A stretch of DNA of 64,000 nt from a virus, in the IMG/VR virus record IMGVR_UViG_3300044961_000421, positions 1 through 64,000 of that record. One strand, written 5' to 3'. A model generated the notes under the pieces. The model did not search any database. It was not told where the DNA came from and saw only the letters and a program-made list of their open reading frames with translations. Both the position numbers and the translations under genes were made by a program. How positions within the stretch are numbered: position 1 is the stretch's first letter; each line of letters opens with the position of its first letter. Positions 7,653 through 17,379 of the stretch are shown one piece after another.

Positions 7653-8243
7653 GTGAATAAAATAGAAAAATCAAATATTGCCACTTCTCTCTTCGATAAG
7701 CTGAGGAAAGCTATACCCGCAATTACAAAAAAGACGGATGATTCAAGAAATTGGTATCGAAACGAATTTGAAAAACTGATTTCTAAAACATCAATACGGC
7801 AAACAATCATTGCTAAATCGGCAAAAAGAACACGAATCGAGATTGGTTCTATGTATATGTTTCTTTATGATCCGAAAACAAAAGAAGAATTACCGTACTA
7901 TGATACATTTCCATTAATATTACCAATCGAAATGTATAAAGATGGATTTCTCGCTCTCAATCTTCATTATTTACCACCAACGGCGAGAGCAAAATTTTTG
8001 GATAGATTAAATGATTTTAGAACGGGAAGAAATGAACGGCAACGTTTCTTATTATCATACCGTTTATTAAAGGCCGCGGCTCGTTATAAACCATTTGAAA
8101 GATGTTTAAAGCGCTATCTCGCAAAACAAGTTCGCTCTAATTTATTACTCGTAGAACCAAAAGATTGGGAAGTAGTAATCTATCTTCCAACAGAAAGTTT
8201 TCAAAAAGCAACAGCAAAAGATGTTTGGAAAACAAAATTATGA
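7653..8243 (+). CDS. 2: DNA end protector gp2
   Basis: MYMFLYDPKTKEELPYYDTFPL...LNLHYLPP. Confidence 0.92.
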   Translation: MNKIEKSNIATSLFDKLRKAIPAITKKTDDSRNWYRNEFEKLISKTSIRQTIIAKSAKRTRIEIGSMYMFLYDPKTKEELPYYDTFPLILPIEMYKDGFLALNLHYLPPTARAKFLDRLNDFRTGRNERQRFLLSYRLLKAAARYKPFERCLKRYLAKQVRSNLLLVEPKDWEVVIYLPTESFQKATAKDVWKTKL

Positions 8244-8962
8244 CTCCTCAAAAATTCATTTCCACAATCAATAAAGAGGGTGGTATTTCCCGCAGCAATA
8301 AATTTAAAGTAACGATTGTTGTTCCTGCTCTTTTTTCTATCGCTGGTACGAGTATAGACATTTTAAATCGTATTGTGGATAGAAAAAATACTCCTTTTTC
8401 CTTTAAAGACGGGCTCGATATCGCAGGTCAAGAACTATTCGATTTACGATATTACGGATTTTTTGGTATTAATCCGTTTACTTATGGATCTACACTAGAA
8501 GTATTATGCGATTCGGCTGTATTACCTGGTTCTAATTTTCAAACAGTAGAAAGAAGAACATATGGACCTCCAAGAAAAATACCATATGATCAAGTATTTG
8601 AAGATGTTTCGTTTTCCTTTATCGGAACAGCAAATATGAAACAACGTTATTTCTTCGATGCGTGGCAATATTCGATTAAAGATCCAATTACCAATAATTA
8701 CAATTATCCTGATGAATATACAACTACCGTTTTTATACGCCAATATGATGTCGCAGGAAAATTCAAATATGGTGTTCGTTTATTAAATGCTTGGCCAATA
8801 AATGTTCAAGCAACAAATCTTTCTTATGGAGAGGAAGGCATCGTTCGTTCATCTGTTACTCTTTCATATAAAAATTGGTTTAACTTAAAGGCTTATGATA
8901 CATATGCTAATGATATTGGTGATCTGGCGACACAAATAGCAGAAGGAAGCGATTTTGAATAG
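8240..8962 (+). CDS. 54: Baseplate tail-tube initiator gp54 (gp19-like fold)
   Basis: GGISRSNKF, LCDSAVLPG, YFFDAWQ, NAWPINV; start moved to ATG8240. Confidence 0.8.
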   Translation: MTPQKFISTINKEGGISRSNKFKVTIVVPALFSIAGTSIDILNRIVDRKNTPFSFKDGLDIAGQELFDLRYYGFFGINPFTYGSTLEVLCDSAVLPGSNFQTVERRTYGPPRKIPYDQVFEDVSFSFIGTANMKQRYFFDAWQYSIKDPITNNYNYPDEYTTTVFIRQYDVAGKFKYGVRLLNAWPINVQATNLSYGEEGIVRSSVTLSYKNWFNLKAYDTYANDIGDLATQIAEGSDFE

Positions 8963-8970
8963 GAGAAAAG

Positions 8971-9690
8971 ATGGCATTACCTAAATTGAATCAGAGAATT
9001 TATCATACTGTATTATCCAACGGGAAAAAAATATCTTATCGCCCAATGTTGGCAAAAGAACAAAAGCTATTAATTGCGATCAATGAAACAAAGAATATGA
9101 ATGAATTAGTTCAGCTAATCGCACAAATAATCAATAATTGTATTTTAAATGAGGATGTTGATATAGAAACAATGACAATGCCGGATTTAGAAAAAATGAT
9201 TATTCTTATCCGGTCAAAGAGCGTTTCGGAAATTTTAGAATTAGAATATAGATGTAAAAACGAAATAGAAGATGGAAAAATATGTAATCATATTTCTTCA
9301 ATAGAAGTAAATTTGGAAGAAGTAAATATAAATGGTGAAATTCCAAATAATACAATTATGTTAGATGAAAAGATTGGTGTGATATTAAAACCACCGACGG
9401 TTAGGTTGTTTTTCCATGTAAATTTTTCGAACGAATCAGAATTTATAAACCAAACAATTCGTGAATGTATCACCGCTATTTTTGATGAAAATACAGTATA
9501 TAATATAAAAAATATCTCAAAAGAAGAATATGATGAATTTTTAGAAAGTTTAACGTTAAAACAACTCAATGAAATTGCTGATTGGTTCAAGAATTTACCC
9601 AGCATTCACCATGAATTTGAATTTAAATGTAAAAAATGTGGATTTAAAACTTTGATTGAATTAAATGGGTTATCGGATTTTTTCGGCTAA
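8971..9690 (+). CDS. 26: Baseplate hub assembly protein gp26
   Basis: MALPKL...YRPML.KEQKLL...IRSKSV, with a zinc-ribbon C-terminus ending GLSDFF. Confidence 0.88.
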   Translation: MALPKLNQRIYHTVLSNGKKISYRPMLAKEQKLLIAINETKNMNELVQLIAQIINNCILNEDVDIETMTMPDLEKMIILIRSKSVSEILELEYRCKNEIEDGKICNHISSIEVNLEEVNINGEIPNNTIMLDEKIGVILKPPTVRLFFHVNFSNESEFINQTIRECITAIFDENTVYNIKNISKEEYDEFLESLTLKQLNEIADWFKNLPSIHHEFEFKCKKCGFKTLIELNGLSDFFG

Positions 9691-9869
9691 TGTTTGGTAA
9701 TGATACTTTGTATAATTTTACCTATACAAACTTCTTATTAGCGACAAAATATGGATATTCTATTTCTGAATTGGAAAATATGTTACCGTATGAGAGAGAG
9801 GCAATAATTATATTATTGGAACAAATGTTACAGAAGGAAAAAGAAAAAAATGTCACGGGAAATTGGTAA
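9690..9869 (+). CDS. 51: Baseplate hub assembly catalyst gp51-like (59 aa, not in the ORF track)
   Basis: MFGNDTLYNFTYTNFLLATKYGYSISELENMLPYERE...; standard position after gp26. Confidence 0.8.
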   Translation: MFGNDTLYNFTYTNFLLATKYGYSISELENMLPYEREAIIILLEQMLQKEKEKNVTGNW

Positions 9870-10086
9870 ATCAACAAAAATATCTGTTTTTAGAGAGTTT
9901 ATCGAACTCTGGTCTTCGGATGGTGGAACCATTCTTGCGCTTCTAATTATGCTACATACGCATATTTTTATTATGATGGCGGGATATATGAATTTTAGTG
10001 AGGCTTATCTATTGATACTCGGTGCTTTTCTTGGTGTGATTCGAGGAGAGTATAAAAGAGAAAAAAACAAAGAATCTGGTGAATAA
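9850..10086 (+). CDS. Small two-TM membrane protein
   Basis: Two hydrophobic segments and a charged C-terminus. Confidence 0.6.
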   Translation: MSREIGKSTKISVFREFIELWSSDGGTILALLIMLHTHIFIMMAGYMNFSEAYLLILGAFLGVIRGEYKREKNKESGE

Positions 10087-10088
10087 AA

Positions 10089-12299
10089 ATGGAACAAGAA
10101 AACACAAGAACCCTGAGTGACTTCGAAACCATCTTGAAAAAGATGGAAAAAAATATGTTAGATATGCCTAAAAAGTGGGAAGAATATGAAAAGGAAATAA
10201 AAAGATTAAGATTGATTGTCGAAGAAAATAGTGGTGAATTTAGTAAGCATTCAGAAAAATATTTTAAGAGTTTAATAGATATTATTAATTTATTAAAAAA
10301 GGGTGATACAAGAGAGTATGAAGGTTCGGTGAGAATAATAAATCAATTTTTGGAAACAATAGAAACCGATATAACTGATAAAAAACAATTAAATTTCATT
10401 CGGAACCAATTTAATAAACTTTTAGAAGAAATCGTCTCCTATACCTCAGGATCTAGAGGTGTTTATCAAAAGATATCTTCTACCCTATTTGGAGGAAAGA
10501 AGGAAAAACCTCAAGAAACCATTTTTTCTGAAAAATATGGTGTAGAAAAAGTATCACCTACTGAAATTATGAAAATAAAATCAGAGGAAGATAAAAGACG
10601 GGATGAAGAAAGCGCGTTAAAAGATAGAGAAAAAGATGAACAGAGAGAATATGAAAAAGAACAATTAGTATATCAGGAAAAAATAATCCGATTACTTACA
10701 GAAATTCGAAATAATACTGGAAATAATGTCAAATCCTTGGAAAGAAAAAGATTTGAAGTAAGTGGTAAAAATATTATAAATGAAAAATCTTCCAAAGGAT
10801 TGTGGGATAGAATGAAAGAATGGACAAACACGGGATTGGCGGGAATGCCTCTTGGTGTCAGGATGATCGCAAAAACACTACCTATGCTTCCTAAAGTTAC
10901 ACCAATAGCTGCACCAATAATTACCGCCGTCGGAACAGGAATGCAAATGTATGATGATTACCAGAACGCACCAGAATTATTAGGAAAAAAGAAAGAAGAA
11001 ACTACAACACTAGATAGATTGGGTGCCGGTCTTTCGCATTTTGATGTTGTCAATCCTATAAATTGGATGACAGGAAAAAATATAATTGGTGCTTATAATG
11101 CATTTAAACAAACATCAAAAACCGGTAAAGAATATGAAGGTATAGGTGGTTTTTTGGATAGAACTAATGACATTTATAATATAATGAAAAGCGGGCAAGC
11201 GAGATCAAATGCTGAAATTCTTAAAACATCTGGAAAAGCATTCGATGCAACAAAACAAACATTACAAGATGTTCCGAAAATAGTTTCTGAATCAAAGGAC
11301 AAATTTTTAAATTTCATCAACCAACCAAGAGTTGTTGGTCCTATTATTGGTCCTAAAATCGACACAAACATATTTTCCAAACTAAAAGAACAACCAAAAA
11401 AAGCTCCGACATTAGCACCAAGTAGTGAAGAAAGAAAACCGGAAAAATTCGATGCAACAAGATTAATAATCGAACACTTTGGAAATCAATTCAGTAATAA
11501 AGAAATGAATGCCATTCTCGGAAATATACAAAAAGAAAGTGGTGGTAAATTTGGAAAACAAGAAAGTTCGAAATATGATGTTTCGACACAAAGGGGTATA
11601 ACGAGAATTAGGGATATTTTTAAAGAAAGATTATCAGGATATAAGGATGAAGAGTTACCAAATTTAGTAAAAAATCCTCAAATATTTTTTGAAGTAGTAT
11701 ATGGAAAACAAACGACGGTTGGGAAAAGATTAGGAAACAGAGAAGAAGGTGATGGTTATAAGTTCAGAGGAAGAGGTCTTATTCAACTAACAGGAAGAGG
11801 AAATTATGAAAAAGCATCAAAAGCATTGTATAATGACGAAAGATTAGTAAAAGATCCAGATTTAATTATCAAAAATCCAGAAGTTGATTTATTAGTTTCT
11901 TCTTGGTATATAAAAGATAGAATGAAATCAATGATAGAAAAAACAGGAATAGATCCAGAAAAAGCAACACAAAAAGAAGTTGATAGGTTAATTACAAGCA
12001 TAATAGCAGGAAGAGAAATAAAGAATAATGAAGTTTCATATCACGGTTCATTACTTGAAAAAGTTTCCACTTTTTCATTAACAAATCCTACACAAAAAAT
12101 GATAGAGAGAACGAATAATATCAATTATCTTGAACAAGAAAAGAAGAAAGAAATGCAGGTTGTACAAAAAGAAGAAAAACAACCAATAATGGTTTCTTCG
12201 AGCAATATTGTAAATAACAATGCGATGAATATACCTCTTTCTCCAAATCCAATTAATAACAATAGAAAATTGTTTGAAAGTAGATATATACCGGCATGA
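10089..12299 (+). CDS. Tail/tape-measure-like virion protein with a GH19 lysozyme/chitinase domain
   Basis: Coiled-coil N-terminus; GDGYKFRGRGLIQLTGRGNY GH19 signature; gp29-like position. Confidence 0.75.
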   Translation: MEQENTRTLSDFETILKKMEKNMLDMPKKWEEYEKEIKRLRLIVEENSGEFSKHSEKYFKSLIDIINLLKKGDTREYEGSVRIINQFLETIETDITDKKQLNFIRNQFNKLLEEIVSYTSGSRGVYQKISSTLFGGKKEKPQETIFSEKYGVEKVSPTEIMKIKSEEDKRRDEESALKDREKDEQREYEKEQLVYQEKIIRLLTEIRNNTGNNVKSLERKRFEVSGKNIINEKSSKGLWDRMKEWTNTGLAGMPLGVRMIAKTLPMLPKVTPIAAPIITAVGTGMQMYDDYQNAPELLGKKKEETTTLDRLGAGLSHFDVVNPINWMTGKNIIGAYNAFKQTSKTGKEYEGIGGFLDRTNDIYNIMKSGQARSNAEILKTSGKAFDATKQTLQDVPKIVSESKDKFLNFINQPRVVGPIIGPKIDTNIFSKLKEQPKKAPTLAPSSEERKPEKFDATRLIIEHFGNQFSNKEMNAILGNIQKESGGKFGKQESSKYDVSTQRGITRIRDIFKERLSGYKDEELPNLVKNPQIFFEVVYGKQTTVGKRLGNREEGDGYKFRGRGLIQLTGRGNYEKASKALYNDERLVKDPDLIIKNPEVDLLVSSWYIKDRMKSMIEKTGIDPEKATQKEVDRLITSIIAGREIKNNEVSYHGSLLEKVSTFSLTNPTQKMIERTNNINYLEQEKKKEMQVVQKEEKQPIMVSSSNIVNNNAMNIPLSPNPINNNRKLFESRYIPA

Positions 12300-12330
12300 A
12301 AAAAAAGAGGGCTAAAAGCCCTCTTTTTTT
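12299..12330. terminator. Bidirectional terminator between convergent operons
   Basis: aaaaaaagagggc-taaaa-gccctcttttttt. Confidence 0.8.
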
Positions 12331-12354
12331 CATTTTTCGGTCTTCTTTCGTTTT

Positions 12355-13281
12355 TCAGTCTTCTTCTGCCAATTTTCGGAATCTTGCTAATGCATCATCC
12401 TCTTCATCATCATCTTCTTCTACTTTTGGAACAGGCTTTTTCTTTATTTTCTTTTCCAAGATAGGTTTTTCATCTTCTCCTTTTTCCCACGGCACATCAT
12501 CATCATCTTTCGTTTCTTCTACTGTTCCAACGATTGAAGTTTTATTCCAAACTCTGTCATATTCTTTCTTCAATTCCTCATATGGTTTAAATAGAGAAGG
12601 TTTGACAAATTCAACAAGAGGGTATTCAGATTCCCAAATTGCTTTCAATTTTTCTTCATCACCATTTAGCAAAGGAGAAGGAGAATCGAAAGAAGATTTA
12701 ATATATGTTCTGTATCCACCCTGATTCTTGGAAATTTTCAGACGGAAATCGCTTCCTTCCCAAAAATCAAATATATTCACACTTTTTTCATTAGCAAATT
12801 CTGGAAGAAGCTTTTCGTTAATCTTATCAAATATCATTTTATTGAATTTGTATAAGAACACTTTTCCTTCATTTTCTGGCCTGCCCGGATCAGAAATCAC
12901 ATAAATGTTGCTATAATATACTAAATTACGTTTTCGCTCTCTCGCAATATTTTTATTTGCTTCAATGTTTGTGTTCCAAAGAAGATTGTTTTCTTCGCAA
13001 ACGGGGCATTCTTTTCCAATAGTGGTTGGGCAATTTTCTATATACCAACGATTACCCGGTCCCTTAAAAAAATGTCTCCATAAACGTTGCCAAGGAACAT
13101 CTTCTCCCTTCGGAGGAGGAAGGAAACGAATGATTGCGGAACCCGTCCCGGTCGCTTTATCATATTCGGGTTCCCAAAATCTAGGATCTGTTTGGAATGA
13201 TTTTGTTTCTTCTGATTTTTTCTTTACTTCTTCCAGAAATTTTGAAGAATTCTTTTTTAATGATTTAAAATCTGTTATCAT
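12355..13281 (-). CDS. 32: Single-stranded DNA-binding protein gp32
   Basis: DPRFW, AIIRFLP, WYIENCPTTIG..CPVCE, acidic tail. Confidence 0.96.
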   Translation of the reverse strand: MITDFKSLKKNSSKFLEEVKKKSEETKSFQTDPRFWEPEYDKATGTGSAIIRFLPPPKGEDVPWQRLWRHFFKGPGNRWYIENCPTTIGKECPVCEENNLLWNTNIEANKNIARERKRNLVYYSNIYVISDPGRPENEGKVFLYKFNKMIFDKINEKLLPEFANEKSVNIFDFWEGSDFRLKISKNQGGYRTYIKSSFDSPSPLLNGDEEKLKAIWESEYPLVEFVKPSLFKPYEELKKEYDRVWNKTSIVGTVEETKDDDDVPWEKGEDEKPILEKKIKKKPVPKVEEDDDEEDDALARFRKLAEED

Positions 13282-13663
13282 ATGTCTTTTTTGTATCCTT
13301 ATTATTCGATATTATGTTATTCTCGTTATCCACCAATTCATTAAATTCGATTATTGGTAGCTTATTCTCATCCTCTTCATAAAATAGATTTAATTGATTT
13401 AATTCTAGCACATTTTCACACATGTTGTCAACAAACTTTTTATCAGAAAGCATCGAATAAAGATTTTTTATTTCATTTACATATGACTCAATTCTTTCTC
13501 TATATTCAGAATTTTCAATCTTTAAACATTGATTTTCTGTCGTAATTGTGACAATTATATCTTTTAAATCTACATATTTTTTCGCCAAGTCATGATATTT
13601 TTCGACAACATAACGGATATAATGCTTCAAAGTCTTTGGATCGTTTGTTTCCTTAATTATCAT
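13265..13663 (-). CDS. Hypothetical coiled-coil protein
   Basis: 132-aa ORF coupled to gp32. Confidence 0.6.
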   Translation of the reverse strand: MIIKETNDPKTLKHYIRYVVEKYHDLAKKYVDLKDIIVTITTENQCLKIENSEYRERIESYVNEIKNLYSMLSDKKFVDNMCENVLELNQLNLFYEEDENKLPIIEFNELVDNENNIISNNKDTKKTYDNRF

Positions 13664-13683
13664 ATGTTGCTACCTAAACAAAA

Positions 13684-14316
13684 TTAAGAATCGAGTCTCA
13701 TTAACTTTTCTGCTATCACTATTTTATATTTAGACGGATCTTTTTCCACAATTTGAATAACAAAAGGGAGTATTTTTCGAATATCATTAGAATATTTCAT
13801 CCAAATCACATTACTCTCATGTTTCTTATCCAAGAAATCCATCATACCTGTGAAATAATGGAGAATAGCCATTGATTCTTTTTTAAAATCATTTCCGATA
13901 ATAGCATCAATTATAATAGGAGTTTTTCCTGGTTCGGCGATAAATTGAGCACGAACCAATTCTTCTTCTGTTTCTATATAACCATATACAGATTCAATGA
14001 TATTCATTAATCTTTTACAATCCTGTTCAAATATATACAAAAGACTATCTTTTAACTTTTTCCAAGCAAAATAATTTTCATCATTAAATGTTCCAATCCA
14101 TGCCTTCGGATTTTCTTTCAAATTACCTACAAAATAATCCAATATCGTTTCTTTTGAATATTGAACAGCAAGTTTTTCAAAGAAATACTTATCATTCCTA
14201 AGAGAAAAATTATCTTTATCAAAACGAACAACACCCTTATATTTAACATAATCATATTTTGTAGTAAAATGTAATTTTAAAGCCAAATACATTTCATAAA
14301 CTTGAATCGCTGTCAT
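13684..14316 (-). CDS. 59: Helicase loader gp59
   Basis: YLALKLHFT..YDY.KY.G...R.DKYFFEKL. Confidence 0.9.
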   Translation of the reverse strand: MTAIQVYEMYLALKLHFTTKYDYVKYKGVVRFDKDNFSLRNDKYFFEKLAVQYSKETILDYFVGNLKENPKAWIGTFNDENYFAWKKLKDSLLYIFEQDCKRLMNIIESVYGYIETEEELVRAQFIAEPGKTPIIIDAIIGNDFKKESMAILHYFTGMMDFLDKKHESNVIWMKYSNDIRKILPFVIQIVEKDPSKYKIVIAEKLMRLDS

Positions 14317-14540
14317 AACATATGTAACCTCTTCGCTTCATTTTCTAGCTTGCTTTTAAGAGTACCGACGACCAACGGTTTTATATCTTCAAAATCCAAT
14401 TCTTTCATTTCGCAATATTTAATAATTGCTTCCATGTAAGAAATCTTTTTTTGGAGGACCATTTCTTCTATTAAGAGAGAAAAGTCTACCCTATTAGTTC
14501 TAAGTCGTTCAAAAATTGTAGTTTTGTCTTCTATTTTCAT
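14313..14540 (-). CDS. 33: Late-transcription coactivator gp33
   Basis: FS..IEE.V....SYMEAI..YC...LK.KLE.EA..L; leaderless promoter TTTACA-17-TATAAT-6-ATG. Confidence 0.88.
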   Translation of the reverse strand: MKIEDKTTIFERLRTNRVDFSLLIEEMVLQKKISYMEAIIKYCEMKELDFEDIKPLVVGTLKSKLENEAKRLHML

Positions 14541-14564
14541 AACATTATTATAGCATATTTTCTT

Positions 14565-15020
14565 CTATTTGTAAAATAAATGATCATCTATTTTTATTGT
14601 AAATTTTTGTTTTCTCATCCATTTTGCTTTTGCGTATGTTGCATGAAAATATAAAGACCCATCGGTAAAATCATGATAATTATTATAATTTTTGATCATA
14701 TCTTTTGCTATTTCATAAGATTCGTTCCAATTTTTGTTTGACGGAATTGTGTTACCTTTTACTTGACAGTACCAATCAAATTGGCATTTATTACCGAGTT
14801 TATGGGAAATTACTTCACATAAACTCTTATTAAATTTTAAGGATCTATTAAAAATCACAAAAGCTACCGCTTGTTTTCCTTTTTTCGATTGATTACCTGC
14901 TTCAAAGTAAATACCTTTTGCCAAACATAAATTATTTTCTTCACTATATTCATATTTTTTTGGTATTACTGGCATCACCATACAGGCTGTTAAAATTATC
15001 AGTCGTATTAGTTTTGTCAT
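14565..15020 (-). CDS. SleB-like cell wall hydrolase (Hydrolase_2)
   Basis: CLA..IYFEAGNQ...AVA.V..NR, CQF.WYC, IDDHLFYK; N-terminal signal/anchor. Confidence 0.9.
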   Translation of the reverse strand: MTKLIRLIILTACMVMPVIPKKYEYSEENNLCLAKGIYFEAGNQSKKGKQAVAFVIFNRSLKFNKSLCEVISHKLGNKCQFDWYCQVKGNTIPSNKNWNESYEIAKDMIKNYNNYHDFTDGSLYFHATYAKAKWMRKQKFTIKIDDHLFYK

Positions 15021-15037
15021 CTCTACCCCTTAAATGG

Positions 15038-15066
15038 AAAAAGGGAAGTCCGAAAACTCCCCTTTT
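15038..15066 (-). terminator. Terminator ending the tmRNA transcript
   Basis: Minus strand GGGGAGTTTTCGGACTTCCC followed by TTTT. Confidence 0.65.
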
Positions 15067-15300
15067 CGGTTTTTCTGTTGCCGGGAATCCAAACCCCGCT
15101 TTACCGTTTTTTAGGCGGCAAATGCATAAGCAAAGTTATTGTTTGCTTTTATTTGTTTGCTCTTTTTTACAAGGGTGCTCCTTGAATGCCTCCAGTTACC
15201 TCACAAACTCTGTCGAAACCTTTTCACCCCCATATGTTAGTTTGGTGGAGGTGCTGGGAATCGAACCCAGGTCCAAAGTTGCTACTTCCCCTTCAACGGA
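15067..15300 (-). ncRNA. ssrA: Two-piece (circularly permuted) tmRNA, tag ANNNFAYAFAA*
   Basis: GGACCTGGGTTCGATTCCCAGCACCTCCACCA ends at 15243 and precedes GGGGGTGAAAAGGTTTCGAC starting at 15231; the acceptor stem has G3-U70; tag ORF 15146-15111. Confidence 0.9.
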
Positions 15301-15302
15301 CA

Positions 15303-16040
15303 TTATCTATTATTTAGATTCATTTTTTGCATATCATTCACATACAAAAACAGAACATCAAAAACCATTTGATTTATCCTGTTGAAATAAGGTTCTTTAG
15401 GTAATTCCGTTATTTCATATGCTTTTTTACACAATGAATATTCATTTTCAATTATGTCTTTTATTTCCTGTAGGTTAAAATACCCTTTCCTTACATTTTT
15501 AAGAAATTCAACATCATAAGTTCTTTTTACGAGAACGGTACCGTATCGTAAAATCTCTGTTGCCATTCTCAACAACCTTATGGTATGATAAGCATACTTT
15601 GTATCGTATCCAAATTGATCTACCAATTCCTTTCTCTTCGATCCCATTTTTCCAGTCAATTCACCAGTCATACGCTTATATTGGGAAGTTGCGTATCCTG
15701 TAAATGTGTGAAAAACTCTCTGAGAAATGAAATCATTTCTGTAATCATACATTTGTTTTCCATAACGGGGATCAAATGTTATATTTTCAGAGTAAAGTGC
15801 AACAAAAACATTTGGATTTGCCTTTAAACAGAGATTTACAAAATTTCTGAATTCATAAGATGTCATATCCGAATCTTCTGTTAGTTTCTGTTTGTTTGAT
15901 GTTCCTTTTAGACCAAGATAATGGAATGGGTGTTCCAAAAATACATGGATGAAATCTTCATCCGATTCTTCAGTATGAGTTCCATATCCTCTTGAACCAA
16001 CTAATGATGTAAAAATTATTTTTTCTTCATAATCTTTCAT
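15303..16040 (-). CDS. Pol-beta-superfamily nucleotidyltransferase (Nuc-transf / RlaP / T4 NrdC.11-like)
   Basis: GSRGYGT...SDED, ANPN, GYDTKYAYH..RLL; leaderless promoter. Confidence 0.85.
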   Translation of the reverse strand: MKDYEEKIIFTSLVGSRGYGTHTEESDEDFIHVFLEHPFHYLGLKGTSNKQKLTEDSDMTSYEFRNFVNLCLKANPNVFVALYSENITFDPRYGKQMYDYRNDFISQRVFHTFTGYATSQYKRMTGELTGKMGSKRKELVDQFGYDTKYAYHTIRLLRMATEILRYGTVLVKRTYDVEFLKNVRKGYFNLQEIKDIIENEYSLCKKAYEITELPKEPYFNRINQMVFDVLFLYVNDMQKMNLNNR

Positions 16041-16060
16041 ACTTTTATTATATCATAAAA

Positions 16061-16096
16061 GAAAAGGGGAAGCAAGGATATTTGCTTCCCCTTTTC
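16061..16096. terminator. Terminator hairpin that contains the -35 (TTGCTT) of the next promoter
   Basis: gaaaaggggaagcaa-ggatat-ttgcttccccttttc. Confidence 0.75.
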
Positions 16097-16115
16097 TTTT
16101 TTTCAGACATTTAAT

Positions 16116-16982
16116 TTACATTTTAGACAATTCACGAACCAATTTCAATATTTCTTCCAACATTTTCCTATCCGCTTCCGTAAAAGATCCTGATCCAGGA
16201 ACAGGAACATCCGAGCGGTTCAAATATACCCCAAAAGGAGTTCTCGAAAATGTTTCTCCAGGATATAATTGGCGTACAGGTGTTCTCATTACGTTTGTAG
16301 ATGTGGTAATAACTTGTGCTGGTTTCCAATTAGGTTCTTCTCCTGTCAGATCCCATGTACCAGGATAACCAATACCATTTCTATTCTTTTGTTCATACAA
16401 AATGCCTGCTACAACTCTTTTTTGTCCAAGTACAATTTCCCACACATTACGTTTATCTGTTTGGCAAACTAATTGCCTTCCAGAAAACGTTCCTCCTACG
16501 GAAAATGCATCAGCAACGGTACCACCCATCTCTTTTGCTAATTCTTCCGCCACAACTCTAGTTGTTAAAAAGGTAGGATTAATTGGAGCCGGCGGAATGG
16601 GAAATCCAGGAAACGAAACCAAACAATCTGAAGGTTCGACAACATATTTTTCATATCTATATTCCCCTGGTAAATTTAAAGATGCTGCTTCTTCTTTTGT
16701 TAAAGTTAAATTGATGAATTGGAGAGTGTTTAGATTTAATGTTGAATAAGTAATTGTGGGAGTTTTTACAGTCAAATCAAACCAAGTCTTAACTGGCTTT
16801 TTTGCATCAAATGGAGGAGCTTGTACTCCAAACTCAGCTTCAAATGATGTGCGAGTATAATTTTTAAAAATATAGATTTCAGAAACACTATATGTTGCTT
16901 CGTTTGGTTGTGGTTTAAAAATCGGTGCTTGAGCAAATGTTATTCCTACAATTGAAAAAAATAAAATAAAAATATTTTTCAT
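16116..16982 (-). CDS. Secreted/periplasmic protein of unknown function (host-like)
   Basis: Signal peptide ending TFA-Q; Pro-rich; QAPPFD..KPVKTWFD motif. Confidence 0.75.
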   Translation of the reverse strand: MKNIFILFFSIVGITFAQAPIFKPQPNEATYSVSEIYIFKNYTRTSFEAEFGVQAPPFDAKKPVKTWFDLTVKTPTITYSTLNLNTLQFINLTLTKEEAASLNLPGEYRYEKYVVEPSDCLVSFPGFPIPPAPINPTFLTTRVVAEELAKEMGGTVADAFSVGGTFSGRQLVCQTDKRNVWEIVLGQKRVVAGILYEQKNRNGIGYPGTWDLTGEEPNWKPAQVITTSTNVMRTPVRQLYPGETFSRTPFGVYLNRSDVPVPGSGSFTEADRKMLEEILKLVRELSKM

Positions 16983-17191
16983 ACTTTCTCCTGTGATTTT
17001 TTTCTTTTATAATCTGTTACATACCATCCGTTTCCAACAAATTTTAATCCAAATGTTGAAAAGAGAGATTCTAAATCACCATCACATTTTGTTATTTCCG
17101 CTTGGTCGTGTTTTCGTTTTATATCTTTACTTTTCTGATATAATTCTATTTTTTTACCACATTTCAAACATCTATATTCATAGATCGGCAT
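16979..17191 (-). CDS. FmdB-family zinc ribbon protein
   Basis: MPIYEYRCLKCG...F.GNGWYVTDY. Confidence 0.88.
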   Translation of the reverse strand: MPIYEYRCLKCGKKIELYQKSKDIKRKHDQAEITKCDGDLESLFSTFGLKFVGNGWYVTDYKRKKSQEKV

Positions 17192-17193
17192 AG

Positions 17194-17376
17194 TTAACCT
17201 ATCGTATACGAAACCACGATACCACTAACAACTTCAAGATTTACTCTTCCTGGAACAAAATCACATGTAAGCATCATTGGTTTTTCATCCTCAACACTAA
17301 TTCGAAAGTGTATTTTACGAATTGAAAGAAAATCAATAGCCTCTTGGATTGTCATTCCTATTAATTCATTAAACAT
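17194..17376 (-). CDS. Peptidase inhibitor I78-like small protein
   Basis: LIGM...EA...MLTCDFVPGRVNLEV..GIV.....G. Confidence 0.6.
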   Translation of the reverse strand: MFNELIGMTIQEAIDFLSIRKIHFRISVEDEKPMMLTCDFVPGRVNLEVVSGIVVSYTIG

Positions 17377-17379
17377 ATT

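Noticed and set aside
14918-15385. 155-aa plus-strand ORF
   Set aside because: Antisense to the tmRNA, with no protein-like features.
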